From: an uncultured Nitrososphaerota archaeon
GTDB taxonomy: Archaea > Korarchaeota > Korarchaeia > Korarchaeales > Korarchaeaceae
Direction: 5' to 3'
Assembly (NCBI GenBank): GCA_964618805.1
Contig: CAZUBM010000032.1
Coordinates: forward strand, 1 to 16,578
Length of the DNA: 16,578 nt
The stretch's first letter is position 1, and each line of letters begins with the position of its first letter. A program made the position numbers and the translations under genes. Of this stretch, positions 15,458 through 16,578 are shown piece after piece. The notes beneath the pieces are model-generated. The model made no database searches. It was not told the DNA's origin and worked only from the letters and a program-made list of their open reading frames with translations.

Positions 15458-16549
15458 TTAACTCCTCGTAAGCCAATCAAAGACCATTGGACCAACATCT
15501 TTGTTCTCCTTGGCATCGAAGGACTCTCCATAGATAAAAATGGGAACTTTTCTCTCATGTAACGAGCCATGAGATCTGATGTTCACATGAAAGAAATCCT
15601 CTTTTCCTCTTCCAAAGACTACATCCTTCTCTCCAAGAACCATTATATCTCCTATCCTATCTGGATGCAAATTGTAAAGCATTGTAGCCTCTTCTTTACT
15701 TAGCGCTTTCTCAATTCCCTCGGTTTCGGAGAGAATCTCTAAAGCTTTTCCTACTCCGCTTTCAAGATAAAGGTATGAGGACCCTCCTAGGTTCTGATGA
15801 TGTACCACGTATCTATCCTTTATTATTGGAATAGATCTGGCCTTTATACCCTCCTTTTCCAGCAATTTCTCAAGGTCTATGCCTCTTCTCTTTTCAGACA
15901 TTCCATGATCGGCTGTGAGACATACTAAGAAATTTTCTGGAGATCTCTGTGATTCGATGTAATCTATCAACGATCCCAGCCACTTATCTATTGTTCTCAT
16001 GTATCTTTTAGCTTCTTTGCTTTTTGGAGGGAATTTATGCATTGCATAATCAGTTGTCATCAGAAAGATTAGATCTGGATTGAATTTCTTGAGAACTTCA
16101 AAAAACGACCTGAATAACCATTCATTTACTTCTATAGAGTAGATTTCAGGAGGAGGTCCTATCTTATCAACGATCCAGCCAATGGGCCTTTCAGCAGAGA
16201 AGGAGAGACTAGCTCCCTTGCCTAAGAGGGCTCTAAGCTTGTCTTTAGCTGTGATCAGTACTGACTTAAGGCCTCTTTTTGCTATCTTCTCAAAGATATT
16301 TTCAACTAAGATCGAATCAGCAGACTCCATGTAATAGGCTTTGCCTAGCTTTCTGTCATAATAAAAGTTTGAAGTTATTCCGTGTTCCCTTGGATAGACT
16401 CCAGTTATGATGGAGACGCTATTTACATTAGTGGTAGTTGGAACAATGGCAAGACCTAGCCTTTGCTCAAACCTACGAAAGTTTGGAAGAGTTTCCTCGA
16501 GATACTCCGGATCACAACCGTCTAAGCAGATGATGATAGCCTTTTTCAT
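15458..16549 (-). CDS. Alkaline phosphatase superfamily protein, phosphonoacetate hydrolase (PhnA)-like
   Basis: CLDG, PTTTNVNSVSIITG (Thr nucleophile), TTDYAMHK, TADHGM, DRYVVHH, DRIGD and RSHGS parallel PhnA motifs. Confidence 0.85.
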   Translation of the reverse strand: MKKAIIICLDGCDPEYLEETLPNFRRFEQRLGLAIVPTTTNVNSVSIITGVYPREHGITSNFYYDRKLGKAYYMESADSILVENIFEKIAKRGLKSVLITAKDKLRALLGKGASLSFSAERPIGWIVDKIGPPPEIYSIEVNEWLFRSFFEVLKKFNPDLIFLMTTDYAMHKFPPKSKEAKRYMRTIDKWLGSLIDYIESQRSPENFLVCLTADHGMSEKRRGIDLEKLLEKEGIKARSIPIIKDRYVVHHQNLGGSSYLYLESGVGKALEILSETEGIEKALSKEEATMLYNLHPDRIGDIMVLGEKDVVFGRGKEDFFHVNIRSHGSLHERKVPIFIYGESFDAKENKDVGPMVFDWLTRS

Positions 16550-16578
16550 TACATTAGTGATGAAGTTTCAAAATTTTA

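Noticed and set aside
10738-15570. ORFs 10738..11064, 10818..11084, 11281..11505, 12846..13163, 14965..15210 and 15229..15570
   Set aside because: Antisense or alternate-frame overlaps of confidently identified genes.
1-16578. CRISPR array, rRNA or tRNA genes
   Set aside because: No regularly spaced short repeats or GC-rich structured RNA segments were seen.

Overview
Archaeal-looking chromosomal window (GGTGA/GGAGG-type ribosome-binding sites, TATA boxes ~25-30 nt before leaderless starts, archaeal-type ArgRS, VapBC and Pab87-like peptidase). Intact genes: a 5'-truncated Lrp/AsnC regulator, argS, a vapBC toxin-antitoxin pair, a four-gene cluster (5550-8198) in which three otherwise unrelated proteins all start with the same SHOCT-like helical hairpin, and a hydrolase block (prolyl oligopeptidase, DUF3267-type HEXXH membrane protease, Pab87-like S12 serine peptidase, YbaK/EbsC deacylase, PhnA-like alkaline-phosphatase-family enzyme). 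Between them lie many gene remnants that the ORF track misses or splits: DUF3795, aldo/keto reductase, esterase, a second vapB, a second argS 5' end, a probable methyltransferase tail, and two mosaic copies of a broken CPBP-like gene. The argS/CPBP/vapB set occurs twice, which points to an old, decayed segmental duplication. All family calls come from motif recognition by eye, not database searches. No rRNA, tRNA, CRISPR array or transposase was recognised.
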